NCBI RefSeq assembly: GCF_001194135.2
Contig: NC_068981.1
Coordinates: forward strand, 142,688,206 to 142,736,116
DNA: 47,911 nucleotides
Source: Octopus bimaculoides
Taxonomy: Eukaryota
Reading direction: 5' to 3'
A program made the position numbers and the translations under genes. Below the pieces are notes generated by a model. The model did not search any database. It had not been told where the DNA came from and saw only the letters and a list, made by a program, of their open reading frames with translations. Shown here in pieces: positions 1 to 13,348 of the stretch (the stretch's first letter is position 1; every line of letters starts with the position of its first letter).

Positions 1-841
1 GCATATATAACATTTAGCTATTCTTTTAAAAACCACCATCATTATCATCATCAACACTAACAAAAAAAATGCAACGACAAAAATTTTACACAACTATAAT
101 TAGCAAAAACACCAAAAGAGGAACCCTCTATCGATTATATTGCGCAACAACAATATTAATCTACGTTTTTTCTATATCGTGATTTTTATTTTGCTAGCTG
201 GTCATTAATGTATTTTTTCTTTCTTTTAGAGCACAAAGAAATATAGTTAATTATGTTTATCTCTCGTTCGTTATTTATTCAGCTTCTTCTTCCCCCCTTT
301 TTTTCTTATTTTTCTTTTTGTCGTTTTCCCCTACTAAATATATGAAGAGCCGAAGTGACATTGAGAGCGAACTCGTGCAAGAGAGAAAGCGATAGAAAAG
401 ATGACTATTAGTAGTATTGGCCAACCAATAATTATGTACATGGAAGTTAGATCCTCAAGAGACAGAAGGGAAACCTACTCCAAATTACACCCTATTGTGT
501 TAGGAAAAGGAACAGGGCATAGAGTAAAATGCATTGAATATCTTACAATATCTTGCAGCGGCTACAATATTGCCATGACTCATGACATTTTCCAATATAT
601 TTCTACACAAGTTCTTTGAAGTCTTCTTTTTGAGAATTGTAGTAATTGATTGTGACACCACAAAGATGCAGCGATATTATGAGAGTTTTCTTTAATATAT
701 CAGTCCATGCCTCTCCCGTATAGTAGCAAGCAGAGATGAAGGCGTTAGTGTTTCCAGGGGGACTTGAAATATGTATAATTAATTTTCAGATATATATCAC
801 TTAAAACCTCAACTCAGCCCAAGGCAATGTGGAGGAATAGA

Positions 842-878
842 GAGATAGAGAGGCAGACAGATAGACAGACAGACAGAC

Positions 879-930
<52 letters not shown>
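842..930. repeat. (GACA)n/(GATA)n compound microsatellite
   Basis: Direct reading: gacagacag... followed by (gata)n. Confidence 0.95.
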
Positions 931-1269
931 GGAAACATTTCTTAGTAGTTATGCAATGATCTGGGAAAGAAGTACTCAGTACAAACTTATACTGAAGTAG
1001 TTTACTTAGCTTCTTCAATAGCATATTTATTATTATATCCCGCGGCACACATCTCTCCTGACAAAAGCAATAAGAAAAACAAGAAAGAAAACAAGAGAGA
1101 AAAGAACTACAGGATACAGAGGTATTACTAAAAGAAACAACGGCACTAGGTCAAAACTGCTGTAACACACACACAATAAATAACCCACACTCGCACACCC
1201 AAGCGCACACACATACGTATGCGCGCGCGTACTTACACACAGAGAAACACAGAGAAACACATAGACACA

Positions 1270-1492
1270 CTGTGACTTTGTGTTTGCGTTTGTCTTACCC
1301 TCATCGCTTTACAACTGGTGCTGGTAGGTTTTCATCCACGGAACCTACGGATTCGGTCAGTGTCTGTTTACATGAGTTCTAGGCTTTGAAGATATAAGTA
1401 ATGGTGTCGATACACTTGACTAAAATTTATTTGAGCCAGTGCTACAGCATGGTCGCAGCCTAATGTCTGAAACAAGAAAAGGATAACCGGTA
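1270..1492 (+). mobile_element. Decayed 3' half of tRNA-derived SINE (same family as 2056-2512)
   Basis: catcgctttacaactggtgctggt...gagttctaggctttgaagatataagt...ccagtgctacagcatggtcgcagcctaatgtctgaaacaagaaaaggataa aligns by eye to 2330-2512. Confidence 0.7.
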
Positions 1493-1895
1493 AGAAAATT
1501 ATACATATATACATTAAATACATACATATATAGAAACACGTGTGTGTGTTTGTGCGTGTATGTATGTATTTATGTATATATCTATATTTTTCTTACCGTT
1601 CATCACCACTGACTCAAAGAAATTTTCGTCGAATGTATTGACGCCAGTACTTATCTTTTTAATGGGTGGATCTCAAGTAAACTACTTCAGCATAAGAGTT
1701 AATTCTCTTATATTTAATGAGTATGCGTAGCGTCTGTTGCCATTAATAGCCGACGAGAATGTATCGTAGCTCGTCACTCCTGCATTCGAAACTCCGAGTA
1801 CTATAACGACAACATTTTACTATCTGTTCTAATTTACAACGTATATAAATAATCCTCTATTTCTCTAATAACGTGGTATCATACTTTTGTTGTTA

Positions 1896-1962
1896 CACAT
1901 CATCATCATCATCATAATCATCATCGTCATCATCATCGTCATTATCATCGTCATCATCATCG

Positions 1963-2007
<45 letters not shown>

Positions 2008-2041
2008 AGATCATCATCATTATTATTATTACTATTATTAT
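1896..2041. repeat. (CAT)n/(ATT)n trinucleotide tract
   Basis: Direct reading; source of the poly-M ORF 1865-2410. Confidence 0.95.
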
Positions 2042-2055
2042 ATGACATATATACA

Positions 2056-2512
2056 GGCACAGGAGTGGCTGTGTGGTAAACAGCTTACTTCCCAAAAACA
2101 TAGTTCCAAATTCAGTCCAAGTAGTTGGCACCTTGGGCAAGTGTCTTCTACTATAGCCTCGGTCTGACCAAACCCTTGTGAGTGGATATCGTTGACAGAA
2201 ACTGAAAGAATCCCGTTGTATATATATATATATATACATATGTGTGTGTGTGTGTGTATGTGTGTGTGTGAGTGTTTCTGTGTGTGCGTAGTGTGTGTGT
2301 GTTGTGTATGTATGTATTTTGTGTCTGATTTTCTCACCCCAACCTCGCTTGGCAACATATGTTGGTGTGTTTACGTCCCCATACATAACGGCCCGGGAAA
2401 AGAAACCCACAAAACAAGTACTAGGCTTACAGAGAATAAGTCCTGTGCTCGATTTGTTCGACTAAAGGTGGTGCTCCAACATGGACGCAGTCAAATTACT
2501 GAAACAATTTAA
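2056..2512 (+). mobile_element. Full-length tRNA-derived SINE with internal (TA)n(TG)n tract (octopus-type)
   Basis: Head ggcacaggagtggctgtgtggtaa (A-box-like), degenerate B-box-like ttccaaattcagtcc, body ggcaccttgggcaagtgtcttctactatagcctcgg, internal microsatellite, 3' end ggtggtgctccaacatggacgcagtcaaattactgaaacaa; second partial copy at 1270-1492. Confidence 0.85.
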
Positions 2513-3231
2513 ATAATTACAGAATATGAAGCTAAATTGCTAATCGCTTATTTCTATAGGAACGGAGGAACTTTTCAAGGACACCGGCAGGCACATCCGT
2601 GTATATGCGTATGTATAAGGATATGTAACGTATACTAACATCCTTCTCTATAATATACAACGCAACCTTGAAAAGTAAGTGAACGAAGTATTTAAAACTG
2701 AGGAGTAAGTTGTGATCGAGCAGGTTACGTTCCCCTCTTCTCAAGTTTCATCATGTAAACTATACGATCCTGTTCACGCAGTGATTTGTAGCTTATAACT
2801 ATTTTCTGGATACGGTCTTTAGTCGAATATGTAACAATTCGTGTGCTTTTCGAATCAGAGGTGTGGAACGAGTACTGAATATAACACCTCACACCATTAA
2901 TTCTGAAATTCTCATTTCTAATAACAATAAGAGCAATATTGGCATAACATTTTTCTTGAGATCGAGAAAAAAAGAACCTGTCGAACGTGGTGTATTGGTG
3001 AACTTTTGGGGGTTGAGATGGATAAGCAATCACACGAATAAATATTAATTAATATGAATTGAGCAGACATGCCTCCATGAACAACTGCAAGTTTTTGTCA
3101 ACTAATTTTGCCCCAGCTTCAGGGAACATTAGCAGATGCATGCACAACGCAGCCCTGTGAAACTATACTGTCAACAAGTGCAATGTCACACATATTGAAC
3201 GAGAGAATACTTTCTGCGCGAAGACATTCTT

Positions 3232-3394
3232 TTCTACTCTAGGCAAAAGGCCTGAAATTTTTGGGGAGTTGGGCAGTCGATTAGATCGGCGCCAGTGCGC
3301 AACTGGTACTTAATGTATCGACCCTCCAAAGATGAAAAGCAATATCTCAAGGGAAATGGAAAATAATTCTCATGGGCCATACTGTTCTGCCGAC
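3232..3394 (-). mobile_element. tRNA-derived SINE, second family, decayed
   Basis: aggcaaaaggcctgaaatttttgggg...cagtcgattagatc...caactggtacttaatgtatcgaccc...gatgaaaagcaa matches copies at 5523, 12591, 13133 and 34900. Confidence 0.8.
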
Positions 3395-3845
3395 AAAAGA
3401 TAAAACACACACATATACAGACATACACACGCACATACATATATACAACAAAGCATATATAAATAAATATATATATANNNNNNNNNNNNNNNNNNNNNNN
3501 NNNNNNNNNNNNNNNNNNNNNNNNNNNNNNNNNNNNNNNNNNNNNNNNNNNNNNNNNNNNNNNNNNNNNNNNNNNNNNNNNNNNNNNNNNNNNNNNNNNN
3601 NNNNNNNNNNNNNNNNNNNNNNNNNNNNNNNNNNNNNNNNNNNNNNNNNNNNNNNNNNNNNNNNNNNNNNNNNNNNNNNNNNNNNNNNNNNNNNNNNNNN
3701 NNNNNNNNNNNNNNNNNTGTATATATATATGTATATATATATATATATCGATGGTAATCACAAAGCTAATTAGGACTCATTACTTAGTAAGTGATTCTGG
3801 TATGTGTGACGCAGGCTTCTTCAGACTTACTAGCTTAACTTGGAC

Positions 3846-3863
3846 GTCTCTCTCTCCTTCTTC

Positions 3864-3949
<86 letters not shown>

Positions 3950-3950
3950 A
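3846..3950. repeat. (CT)n microsatellite
   Basis: Direct reading. Confidence 0.95.
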
Positions 3951-4499
3951 TCTATTTAACTACATAGCTATCTTATCCTGTATAATCGATGTACCTGATA
4001 GGACCCAGTCTGATGGGTTGAAACATATGCTGTACTCAATAAAGATTTAATATCGAATCTATCACCTGCTAATGATATATATATACACAAATGCACATAG
4101 CACTATATACTTGCACAAATACATCAGTATTTCAGTCAATCGATTATTTCTCAGTAAACATTCTACTGATCCTGTTGTATTTAATTTTTAAACTAGGGCA
4201 CCTATTTTTTTTAGAAGCGCTTCTGCTTCGTTTCCTTCGCAACCACTTGAAAATACTGGCTTTTTATTAATAGAACTGCCATGGCAAACCACAAGAAGTA
4301 ACTGCTGGCATCTCTTCAAGTCTTAAACAAAACACTAGTGAATGAAATTCTAATAATCTTCCATTAAATATGAATGAATGAATTGTATTTTTGCTGTTTT
4401 TTATGTGTTTATTTTCGTGGCTGGTATTTAATGTTGGCAATTCTGGTAGAATAGTAATAATTTTGTTGTCTTCTTTGTTTGGTCTCGGAACAGTTCTTA

Positions 4500-4860
4500 T
4501 AATTACTTGTATGAACGAAAATTATTTCAGCTTTGGCCATCATATTTAGCGTATCTAGACAGAAATCAAGTTCGTCCGCTTTTTTTAAGACAGCGGTATA
4601 TAATTGAAGATGTGGTAGATACATCCGGGAGTTAAAGCATCCGTATAGAATTTTGTGGCATTTACTCAGCTCTATCTATACCAAACTATAATAATTTTTT
4701 TCCAACCATGACCATCGCATTCATTTTGGAACATCGTATATCCAAAGCTAGTCAACACATTATCCAATCAGTATCCTTTTTTTAAGACTGCAGTGTATTA
4801 TTGTTGCCAAATCTCCCGCCACTCCTTGCAGGTCGAACGATCACGCCCAGGCGCTATTGT
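4500..4860 (+). mobile_element. Possible decayed SINE-type interspersed repeat
   Basis: ttttttaagac(a/t)gc.g motif twice, plus tgtggcatttactcagc, ttccaaccatgaccatc and gcaggtcgaacga, resembling an octopus repeat 3' region from memory; no second copy in this window. Confidence 0.35.
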
Positions 4861-5522
4861 TGGTTTTATTTGAGTTAGTTGCCTTACTGTTAGTAATTCT
4901 GGTTGATTTAAAGCTTACTACAATATGAAATTTGTTATTCATAGTGATATTGTTTTTCGTTGTTACACATTCTTTTTGATTTAAGGTTTATTATGTTGAT
5001 ATGAAATTTATTTCGTCATTATTATTAGTTATATTATTACTCGTTGTCATGATATAGCTATTTGCGTGGTTGTGATCGTTTTAATGAAGATGTAATGAGA
5101 GTTGCAATCTAATTGACATCTTCGTTTTTGTTTAAATTATCGTCAACATATTTAATGGAGTGACCATTAAATAACTAATTAAAAATAATTATGTGGTTAA
5201 GAAAACACAAATATTATTACTAAATGACTAATATTTTAATTATTTTGGCAAATATGGAGAACTACCGAATTTTTCGGTATTTTTACGATCTCGCCGTAGA
5301 AGCATATATTAGCATTCTTGCTGTAGAAAACGTACAAGATTGTACACTGGGAGCGTAAAACATGTATTAACGTTTTCAGGATCAGTACCGCTTTAAATTA
5401 TTGTTGTTATTGTTTCAGATATAATTACGGCTGCTTTATTTGTCTTATTAGTGTCATAATAATTACGGGAATCTAGTCGCGTTTGAAATATTGTAGTTGC
5501 TACGTTTGTTCATATTGATAAT

Positions 5523-5730
5523 AGGTTTCAAATTTCGGCACAAGGCTAGCAATATGAGGGAGAGTTAAGTCGATTTCATCGAAGCAAGTACTCAACTGCT
5601 GCTCATATTATCGACTCTGAAAGTATACAAGGCAAAGTCGGACTCGACAGAATTTAGACTCGGAACATAAAGACGTACAAAATGCTGCTATGTGTTTCCT
5701 CAACGTGCTAAATATTCAGCCAGACCTCCG
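5523..5730 (-). mobile_element. tRNA-derived SINE, second family
   Basis: ggtttcaaatttcggcacaaggc...aagtcgatttcatcg...ttatcgactctgaaag...aggcaaagtcggactcgacagaatttagactc (reverse complement of B-box-like gagtctaaattc)...cgtgctaa. Confidence 0.8.
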
Positions 5731-7332
5731 ACATTTTAACATTAATTGCTAGCTACAGAGTTGCTCTGAAGTAGAACAATTATCAATGCCGTTACACTTG
5801 TAAGGAACCAGTCTTTTATACTTACATAGCCTATATTAAAGACATCAACTACTAGTGCCCGCCCATAGCTAAATATTATAATGAATTTGGAGGATAATCT
5901 TTCTGGTAGAGTGACTTTGTTGAGACTCTATTAGCGATTCACAATTTGTTGCATGTGACGGCACGATAGGTAATAATATGGAAAGTACTGACAACGTCAG
6001 TGATGACGTTGATGATAACTGTAGCAGTGGATGTCATGTTGTTATTAGTGATGGTATTGGTTGACGTTTTTTTAATATTTGTTGCTACTACAAGTGTTTG
6101 TAGTGACGTGTACGTGGTGATAGTAGTATTAGTGGTTGTGTAGGTTGTACTGCCAGTATTACTAGTGGTGTTGTTGCTAATGCAGTTGTAGTTATAATGC
6201 TTCAGACCCAAGTCACTTGTCTTTTTAAGGTCATGCGAAGACATTCATAGCAACCTGTACTTCTTATTTTCATTACAAAATGTAACAGTATCCCTGGAAA
6301 TATTTCATTCTGTGTCAGTTCCACAACTATCCTACGACTTCCCAATTATTTTGTTAAAAAACTGCAAACATCACTCGCATAAATGAGCATATTCAACAGA
6401 CGACATCTCATAATATATCAGATGACATCCAACTGCGGAAGTGTTCATATTTTTAATTGTGGAATATATACTTGGTGCATTCAGGATGCTGCTATTATTT
6501 GTTGTTATTTAACCATAGGTCAAACGTTTTTAGTGTGCAAAGAACTACAAAACCAGGGGGAGATTTTACTTTTATGATGTGATGTAAGTCAGAAATTTGC
6601 TGCTGATGAATGGCCTCTGATACAAGCACGTAGAGACGACACCCACTTTTGGCTCGATTTGTCCCATAATTTATTTTCAGATAATCACCTAAAGCTAAAT
6701 AAATAATCGGACATATTTGTATATAGGTACGTTGGGGATGTTTGTGCATACGTATGTATATATGTATTCGTTGAAAACAGATAAGAACACTAAATTGGTA
6801 GAAACAATAAAATTGTCAGAATAAATGGTTTCCAGTAATTCATTTTGTTACTCACCATTCACATCACGCCTGGCAAGAGTTTGTGTATCATACGTCGAAA
6901 ATCGATGAAACAGCAACAATAAACCATATAAATGCTGTCGTTCAATAATGTCGAGGTTACAATTGGTGGTAGAAGAAGAATTAAGGTGGTTATTAAAGCA
7001 TACACATTGGTACGTCAATTCATGCAAACACACACACATGCATATACACACATACACACACACACGTACATACACACACATATATGTATATCATGCATAT
7101 CTGTAAATATATACCTGGGCAAATATTTAAATATATGCATATACATATTATATATTATATTATATATATAACAGCTCATTTATAAGTTCGTACACACCTA
7201 AATTTATATGCATATGCATTTATAGCATTACAGCATCAGTGTAACCACCAGACCATCATATGCTATTGTGTATCGCAGATTACTATATATATATTCATAT
7301 ACATGTGCATTCATATACACACACACACACAC

Positions 7333-7368
<36 letters not shown>

Positions 7369-7507
7369 NNNNNNNNNNNNNNNNNNNNNNNNNNNNNNNN
7401 NNNNNNNNNNNNNNNNNNNNNNNNNNNNNNNNNNNNNNNNNNNNNNNNNNNNNNNNNNNNNNNNNNNNNNNNNNNNNNNNNNNNNNNNNNNNNNNNNNNN
7501 NNNNNNN

Positions 7508-7551
<44 letters not shown>

Positions 7552-7552
7552 A

Positions 7553-8219
7553 CATACAAAATTTGGGGGTTTAGTTCATAGGTATTCTAAACGACTAGAT
7601 ACGCTTGGTAAGTGTTGTAACGGATTTCTAGGGCTCCAAGGTTATAACGGTAGTTATGGAGCCATTGCAGATTTCCGATATAGCGGATATATAATTGTTA
7701 AAGAGGACAACAAACATTAAGGCAAGACAAACATCTTAAGTCAAATACATGATTATTATTATTGGAAAAATTTCAAACTCTTCAGTTTAGAATCTATCTA
7801 AGTTGAGGTTGCGAAGAGGGTTTTTGTATGACCTAAGGTTATACTTATTACCATTGCCTTCATCCGACTTTAGTTTATTATCGTAAAAGAAGGTCTTCCA
7901 TCTCATTATTCGGATAAGATCATTTGTTTTGCTAAGTAATAGTAGGAGAAAAGTTTTTTTTGAAATGGAATGGGTATATCGTTGAGTGAGATGATGAGGA
8001 ATTGTTTGTCCTTCCGATAGTAATAATATATATGTCTTGAGATGTTTGTCTTGCCTTAATGTTTGTTGTCCTCATTAACAATTATATATCCGCTATATCG
8101 GAAATCTGCAATGGATCCATAACTACCGTCTCGCTTATAACCTTGGCGCCCTAGTAATACGTTGCCACACTGACCTCAGGTACCTAAGCGTTTAGAACTA
8201 AACCCCAATATTTTGTATA
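7553..8219. mobile_element. MITE-like element with ~200-bp terminal inverted repeats, putative TA TSD
   Basis: 7553-~7767 is the reverse complement of ~8011-8219; inner 94 bp (7647-7740 vs 8036-8129) has 3 mismatches; TA flanks both ends; no ORF. Confidence 0.8.
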
Positions 8220-8289
8220 TATTGCCGCACAGAGAACTCACCGGAGCTACTGTTCACTAGGGAAAACAATTCCTTTGCATTTCACTCAA

Positions 8290-9267
8290 GGATATGCCCA
8301 TTCCATCTCAAAAAACATTTTCAAGCGAGTTTATGCATAATACCCATGTTGAATTGCATGAGGGAAGTGCGGCAACTGTAGTTGCAAAGGTGAAATCAAT
8401 AGCAAAGCAAAATGCGCTTGAACAAATTCATTCATCAGTGGCTACCGAGGCCAGGGTTAAAATCAGAGTGTGAAGGCTTTCTTTTGGCTGCTCAAGATCA
8501 GAGCTTATTGACAGAGAACTATCAAGCCAATGCGATGAAAAATTATGTAGACCCAAACTGCCGATACTGCAACGATGGAATAGAAACAGTTGACCACCTA
8601 TTCTCTGGATGTAGATTTTTAGCACCTGTAGAGTACAAATAAAAACATGATAGATTTGGCCAAAGTCTAGAGTGATAATGTGTCTGCATTATATAATCAA
8701 AACTGCTGACAAATGGTACAAGCACCATCCTGAGATTTCAACGTCTGTGCAGATCGAACCAAATATTGTTGTGAAAGACAAAAGCAATAAAGTCTGTTTA
8801 TTGATTGACATGACCATACCCTGTGACTATTATATCTCAGCAAAAGAATTTGATAAGCTCAGAAAATATAAAGATCCGCTAATCGAAATCGATAAGATGT
8901 GGCATCTCAGGACGGTTACTATACCAGTGATTGTAGGAGACTTGGAACAACCAAAACGGGCACTGAAAATTATTTAAGAATTATCCCTGGCTTAACATCC
9001 ATGCAGGAAGTGCAAAAGATTGTCTTAACTGCTACGTCACACGTACTGAGATGAGCATTGTCACTGTAAATTTTCTTTCCCTTTCCACGCATTATTTTAT
9101 TTTTTTACTGTTCTACTTGTTTTCTCTCTGTTTTCTCCCTTTTCTCTATCATTTTACTCAGTGAATGAGCAATCTGGTGTGTTTGTTTTAATAGCCTACG
9201 TTTCTGCACTAGGTGCCGGGAAGAGACGCGGCCTGAAATGGAAACAGAATTAAAAGATACTAATGAA
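8290..9267 (+). mobile_element. R4/Dong-type RLE non-LTR retrotransposon, 3' fragment 1 (CCHC knuckle, restriction-like endonuclease, 3' UTR)
   Basis: HQWL..GLKSECEGFLLAAQDQ, CRYC-x7-H-x4-C, PNIVVKDK..VCLLIDMTIP.D, KEFDKLRKYKD..IEI.KMW...TIPVIVG, end ...QKIVLTATSHVLR*ALSL*; stops and frameshifts; 3' UTR runs into (AAT)n. Confidence 0.9.

Positions 9268-9340
<73 letters not shown>
9268..9340. repeat. (AAT)n tract between LINE fragments 1 and 2
   Basis: Direct reading. Confidence 0.95.
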
Positions 9341-9343
<3 letters not shown>

Positions 9344-9744
9344 TTCAAGAATTAGACGAAAATTCAAGAATTAGATAAAATTCAAGAATTAGACGAACTA
9401 GAAACACCTGCAGAAAAAGCTAAGCGCTTGAAAACCCGTGCTAAAATTGCTGCCTTAGCTATTATGACTGAACAATGGCATGGAAAACCTCTCAATGGCA
9501 AATACCCAAAGAGAGCGAATAATGCAGATATTGACAAAGCCCTTACCCACCAATGGTTAATGACCTCTGGCTTGAAATCAGAAACAGAGGGGTTTATCAT
9601 AGCAGCCCAAGATCAATGCCTACCTACAAAGAACTACCAGGTCAACATATTAAAGAACGGCAGCTCCCCATTATGTCGTATATGCCAACAACAAAATGAG
9701 ACCATCGATCATGTTGTCTCCATGTGCAGTCTGCTTGCACCTAC
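9341..9744 (+). mobile_element. R4/Dong-type LINE 3' fragment 2 (different subfamily), running into N gap
   Basis: Open frame IQELDELETPAEKAKRLKTRAK...QWHGKPLNGKYP...HQWLMTSGLKSETEGFIIAAQDQCLPTKNY...CRICQQQNETIDHVVSMC. Confidence 0.9.
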
Positions 9745-10579
9745 NNNNNNNNNNNNNNNNNNNNNNNNNNNNNNNNNNNNNNNNNNNNNNNNNNNNNNNN
9801 NNNNNNNNNNNNNNNNNNNNNNNNNNNNNNNNNNNNNNNNNNNNNNNNNNNNNNNNNNNNNNNNNNNNNNNNNNNNNNNNNNNNNNNNNNNNNNNNNNNN
9901 NNNNNNNNNNNNNNNNNNNNNNNNNNNNNNNNNNNNNNNNNNNNNNNNNNNNNNNNNNNNNNNNNNNNNNNNNNNNNNNNNNNNNNNNNNNNNNNNNNNN
10001 NNNNNNNNNNNNNNNNNNNNNNNNNNNNNNNNNNNNNNNNNNNNNNNNNNNNNNNNNNNNNNNNNNNNNNNNNNNNNNNNNNNNNNNNNNNNNNNNNNNN
10101 NNNNNNNNNNNNNNNNNNNNNNNNNNNNNNNNNNNNNNNNNNNNNNNNNNNNNNNNNNNNNNNNNNNNNNNNNNNNNNNNNNNNNNNNNNNNNNNNNNNN
10201 NNNNNNNNNNNNNNNNNNNNNNNNNNNNNNNNNNNNNNNNNNNNNNNNNNNNNNNNNNNNNNNNNNNNNNNNNNNNNNNNNNNNNNNNNNNNNNNNNNNN
10301 NNNNNNNNNNNNNNNNNNNNNNNNNNNNNNNNNNNNNNNNNNNNNNNNNNNNNNNNNNNNNNNNNNNNNNNNNNNNNNNNNNNNNNNNNNNNNNNNNNNN
10401 NNNNNNNNNNNNNNNNNNNNNNNNNNNNNNNNNNNNNNNNNNNNNNNNNNNNNNNNNNNNNNNNNNNNNNNNNNNNNNNNNNNNNNNNNNNNNNNNNNNN
10501 NNNNNNNNNNNNNNNNNNNNNNNNNNNNNNNNNNNNNNNNNNNNNNNNNNNNNNNNNNNNNNNNNNNNNNNNNNNNNNN

Positions 10580-10695
<116 letters not shown>

Positions 10696-10959
10696 TATAG
10701 CTGCCACCTGGAAACCTGAAGTAAGAATGTGATTCAAAGTTAATAATAATTATGCTATATCAAGGTAAATCCCTGTTGTAAATAATTTCATGCACACTGT
10801 CTTTGAATAAACGCATAATGTACGGAAAATTATTCGTAATTATTCTGTGATTGAATTATAATGTGTTTGAAATTTACTAGTAGAAAAGGAGCACTACCAC
10901 ACAGTTACGACACTTTGATAATGTCGGCGATATCCAACAACTGACTGTTAACGAAGTTT

Positions 10960-11360
10960 ACGAATTCGAAATAAGGGAGATGTGGTATGAGACTGTGATG
11001 AATGATATCTCATAGAGACTGACAATAAGTATGCAAGCAAGGAGTCCAGATATGGGAGAAGAAGATACACAGAAAACGTTGATTGAGATTTCAATCCGAT
11101 ACAATCGTAGTGTAGGGATCAATAAAACTGAGAACATTGGGAAATATCAGTACTTTGATAACGAGTTGACGAGGTTTGAGGATCAAAATGATCAAAACTC
11201 GTCTAGGGGTTATTAGCGCAATGGGCATGGCACCCAATTTGCTACCTAATATACTGGTCTATACTGGAATTGAGACAGGAATTGTATATCAACGGGAAAG
11301 TGTCACTCTTTATGCTAAAACCTATGAGAAATGTTCTTGAGCCTTGCAGAATCATGTTGT
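10960..11360 (+). mobile_element. Heavily decayed RLE-LINE endonuclease fragment 3
   Basis: Across frames: WYE..., IETDNK, QARSPD...KTLIEISI.Y.R.V..NKTENIGKYQ...NELTR, VISAMGM, YAKT.MRNVLE; matches the RPD/ID..IP/K..KY/VIGALG/ILR.VL layout of fragment 1. Confidence 0.65.
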
Positions 11361-11639
11361 CATTACATTTGAGGAAGCATTCAATGCTTCTTAGACAAAC
11401 CACGTGAGAGAGTTCGTGTCATAATCATTAATTTCTGATATAGATACAGGACCTGCAGTTTTAATTGGTGTATATTAACTGATGAAATCGGTTCCTGTGC
11501 ATCAGTCTTACTATATATATTATCGAGTAGTGGAGGATGAAATTCGAAGTGGATCGCGATAAAATTTGAACTGAGAGTCAAATAAGAAACACCGAAATGC
11601 ATTTGATTCACCCTCTAACAATTGTGCGAACGCTACGTA

Positions 11640-11734
11640 ATGATGATGATGATGATGATGATGATTATGACGATGTTAATACTAAAACAACAAGAGCAAT
11701 AACAACAAAAACTAAAATGATAATAATAATAATG

Positions 11735-11777
<43 letters not shown>

Positions 11778-11818
11778 TAATAATAATAATAATGATGATA
11801 ATAATAATAAAAATAGTA
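11640..11818. repeat. (GAT)n/(AAT)n compound tract
   Basis: Direct reading. Confidence 0.9.
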
Positions 11819-11819
11819 A

Positions 11820-12015
11820 AAGGCATCTGAAAACATTACAAATACCCAACAATCTTGGTGTATTACAAAAGTCAGCATTATTTTGAGCTGCATGCATATT
11901 GCGTAAGGTGATGTCTGTCTGAGGTCATTGTTATTATTTGACAAACAGAACAAAACCCCCGGTAGATACAATATCTTCAATCAACAACCTCACGATACTG
12001 TATACTATGCGACGT
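11820..12015 (+). mobile_element. Extreme 3' end of RLE-LINE, fragment 4
   Basis: RHLKTLQIPNNLGVLQKSAL..(frameshift)..CILRKVMSV*, then short 3' UTR, flanked on both sides by (AAT)n. Confidence 0.7.
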
Positions 12016-12017
12016 CA

Positions 12018-12302
<285 letters not shown>

Positions 12303-12590
12303 ATGATAGTTACACACTAACAATAACACCAACAGCACCATCGATAGAAACTGAGATGAAACTTTGCAGAATCATAAATTGTAGTTCCTCTCTTATATTT
12401 CAGGGTTATAAAAGCGATGCATACATATATAAATACATATATACAAACATATATATGCACTCATACGAACATGTATAGGCATATGAGTGCATACGTATGT
12501 ACGTATGCATGTATGTATGTATATGTGTTTTAACGACGTACACGTCACACTACAACGCATTAATAAATTGAGGTTGTAAAATCGAATATT

Positions 12591-12749
12591 CTATCATAGG
12601 GTCAAGGCTCGAAAATTTAGTGATGGGTGCAGTCGATTAACCCCACCACAGTACGCAACTGGTGGAATTTGAATTCAGAGCGTAAAGACAAGCGAATTAC
12701 CGCTAAGCATTTCGCCCAGCGTGCTAACGTTTCTGTCAGCACGCTGTCT
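12591..12749 (-). mobile_element. tRNA-derived SINE (second family), internally deleted, 17-bp TSD
   Basis: TSD ttgtaaaatcgaatatt at 12574-12590 and 12750-12766; caactggt joins directly to ggaatttgaattc, missing the middle segment seen in other copies. Confidence 0.9.
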
Positions 12750-13132
12750 TTGTAAAATCGAATATTGAAAACTCAAATCTTCACTATATATTGGAAATGA
12801 GTTTAGAAATATATAAAACAGTAAGAAAAGTGTAAATTATCAAATCGTACATTGACGAAGATATATTAAAGAGGAACGTCTGAGATGAAAATGCCCAAAA
12901 CATATTGAGAATAATACAGGTGTAATACACGTGTAGTGAAAAATGACAGGAATGATGTTTATCTAGGGTCCAATTACAAAATTAGAGAAAATTAGCTACA
13001 AAATTAGCTACAAAACAATCAAATGATAAAGGTATTTTCACAACTCAATGCGTATGAGTCTAACTTTATGTGAAGATTCGCTCTTTGTGAGGAAATTTCA
13101 AGAACATAACTTCATATTTATAATTACGAGCA

Positions 13133-13348
13133 AGGCGGGCAGCTTGGCAGAATAGTAGGCGAGCCAGGACCGATGTTTAGCGACATTTCGTTCATCTCTA
13201 TGTTCAGAGTTCAAATGCGGTCAAGGGTGACTTTGCTAAAATAAGCTCCAGTTGAGCACTCAAGCGATTTAATCGACTTGGCTCCTCACTTTTCCACCAT
13301 CCCAGAAAAAATAACAGCTGGCCATGTGCCAAAATTTGAAACCATTTT
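13133..13348 (+). mobile_element. tRNA-derived SINE, second family
   Basis: Head ggcgggcagcttggcagaatagtagg (A-box-like), gagttcaaatgc (B-box-like), tail ccatgtgccaaaatttgaaacc. Confidence 0.8.
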
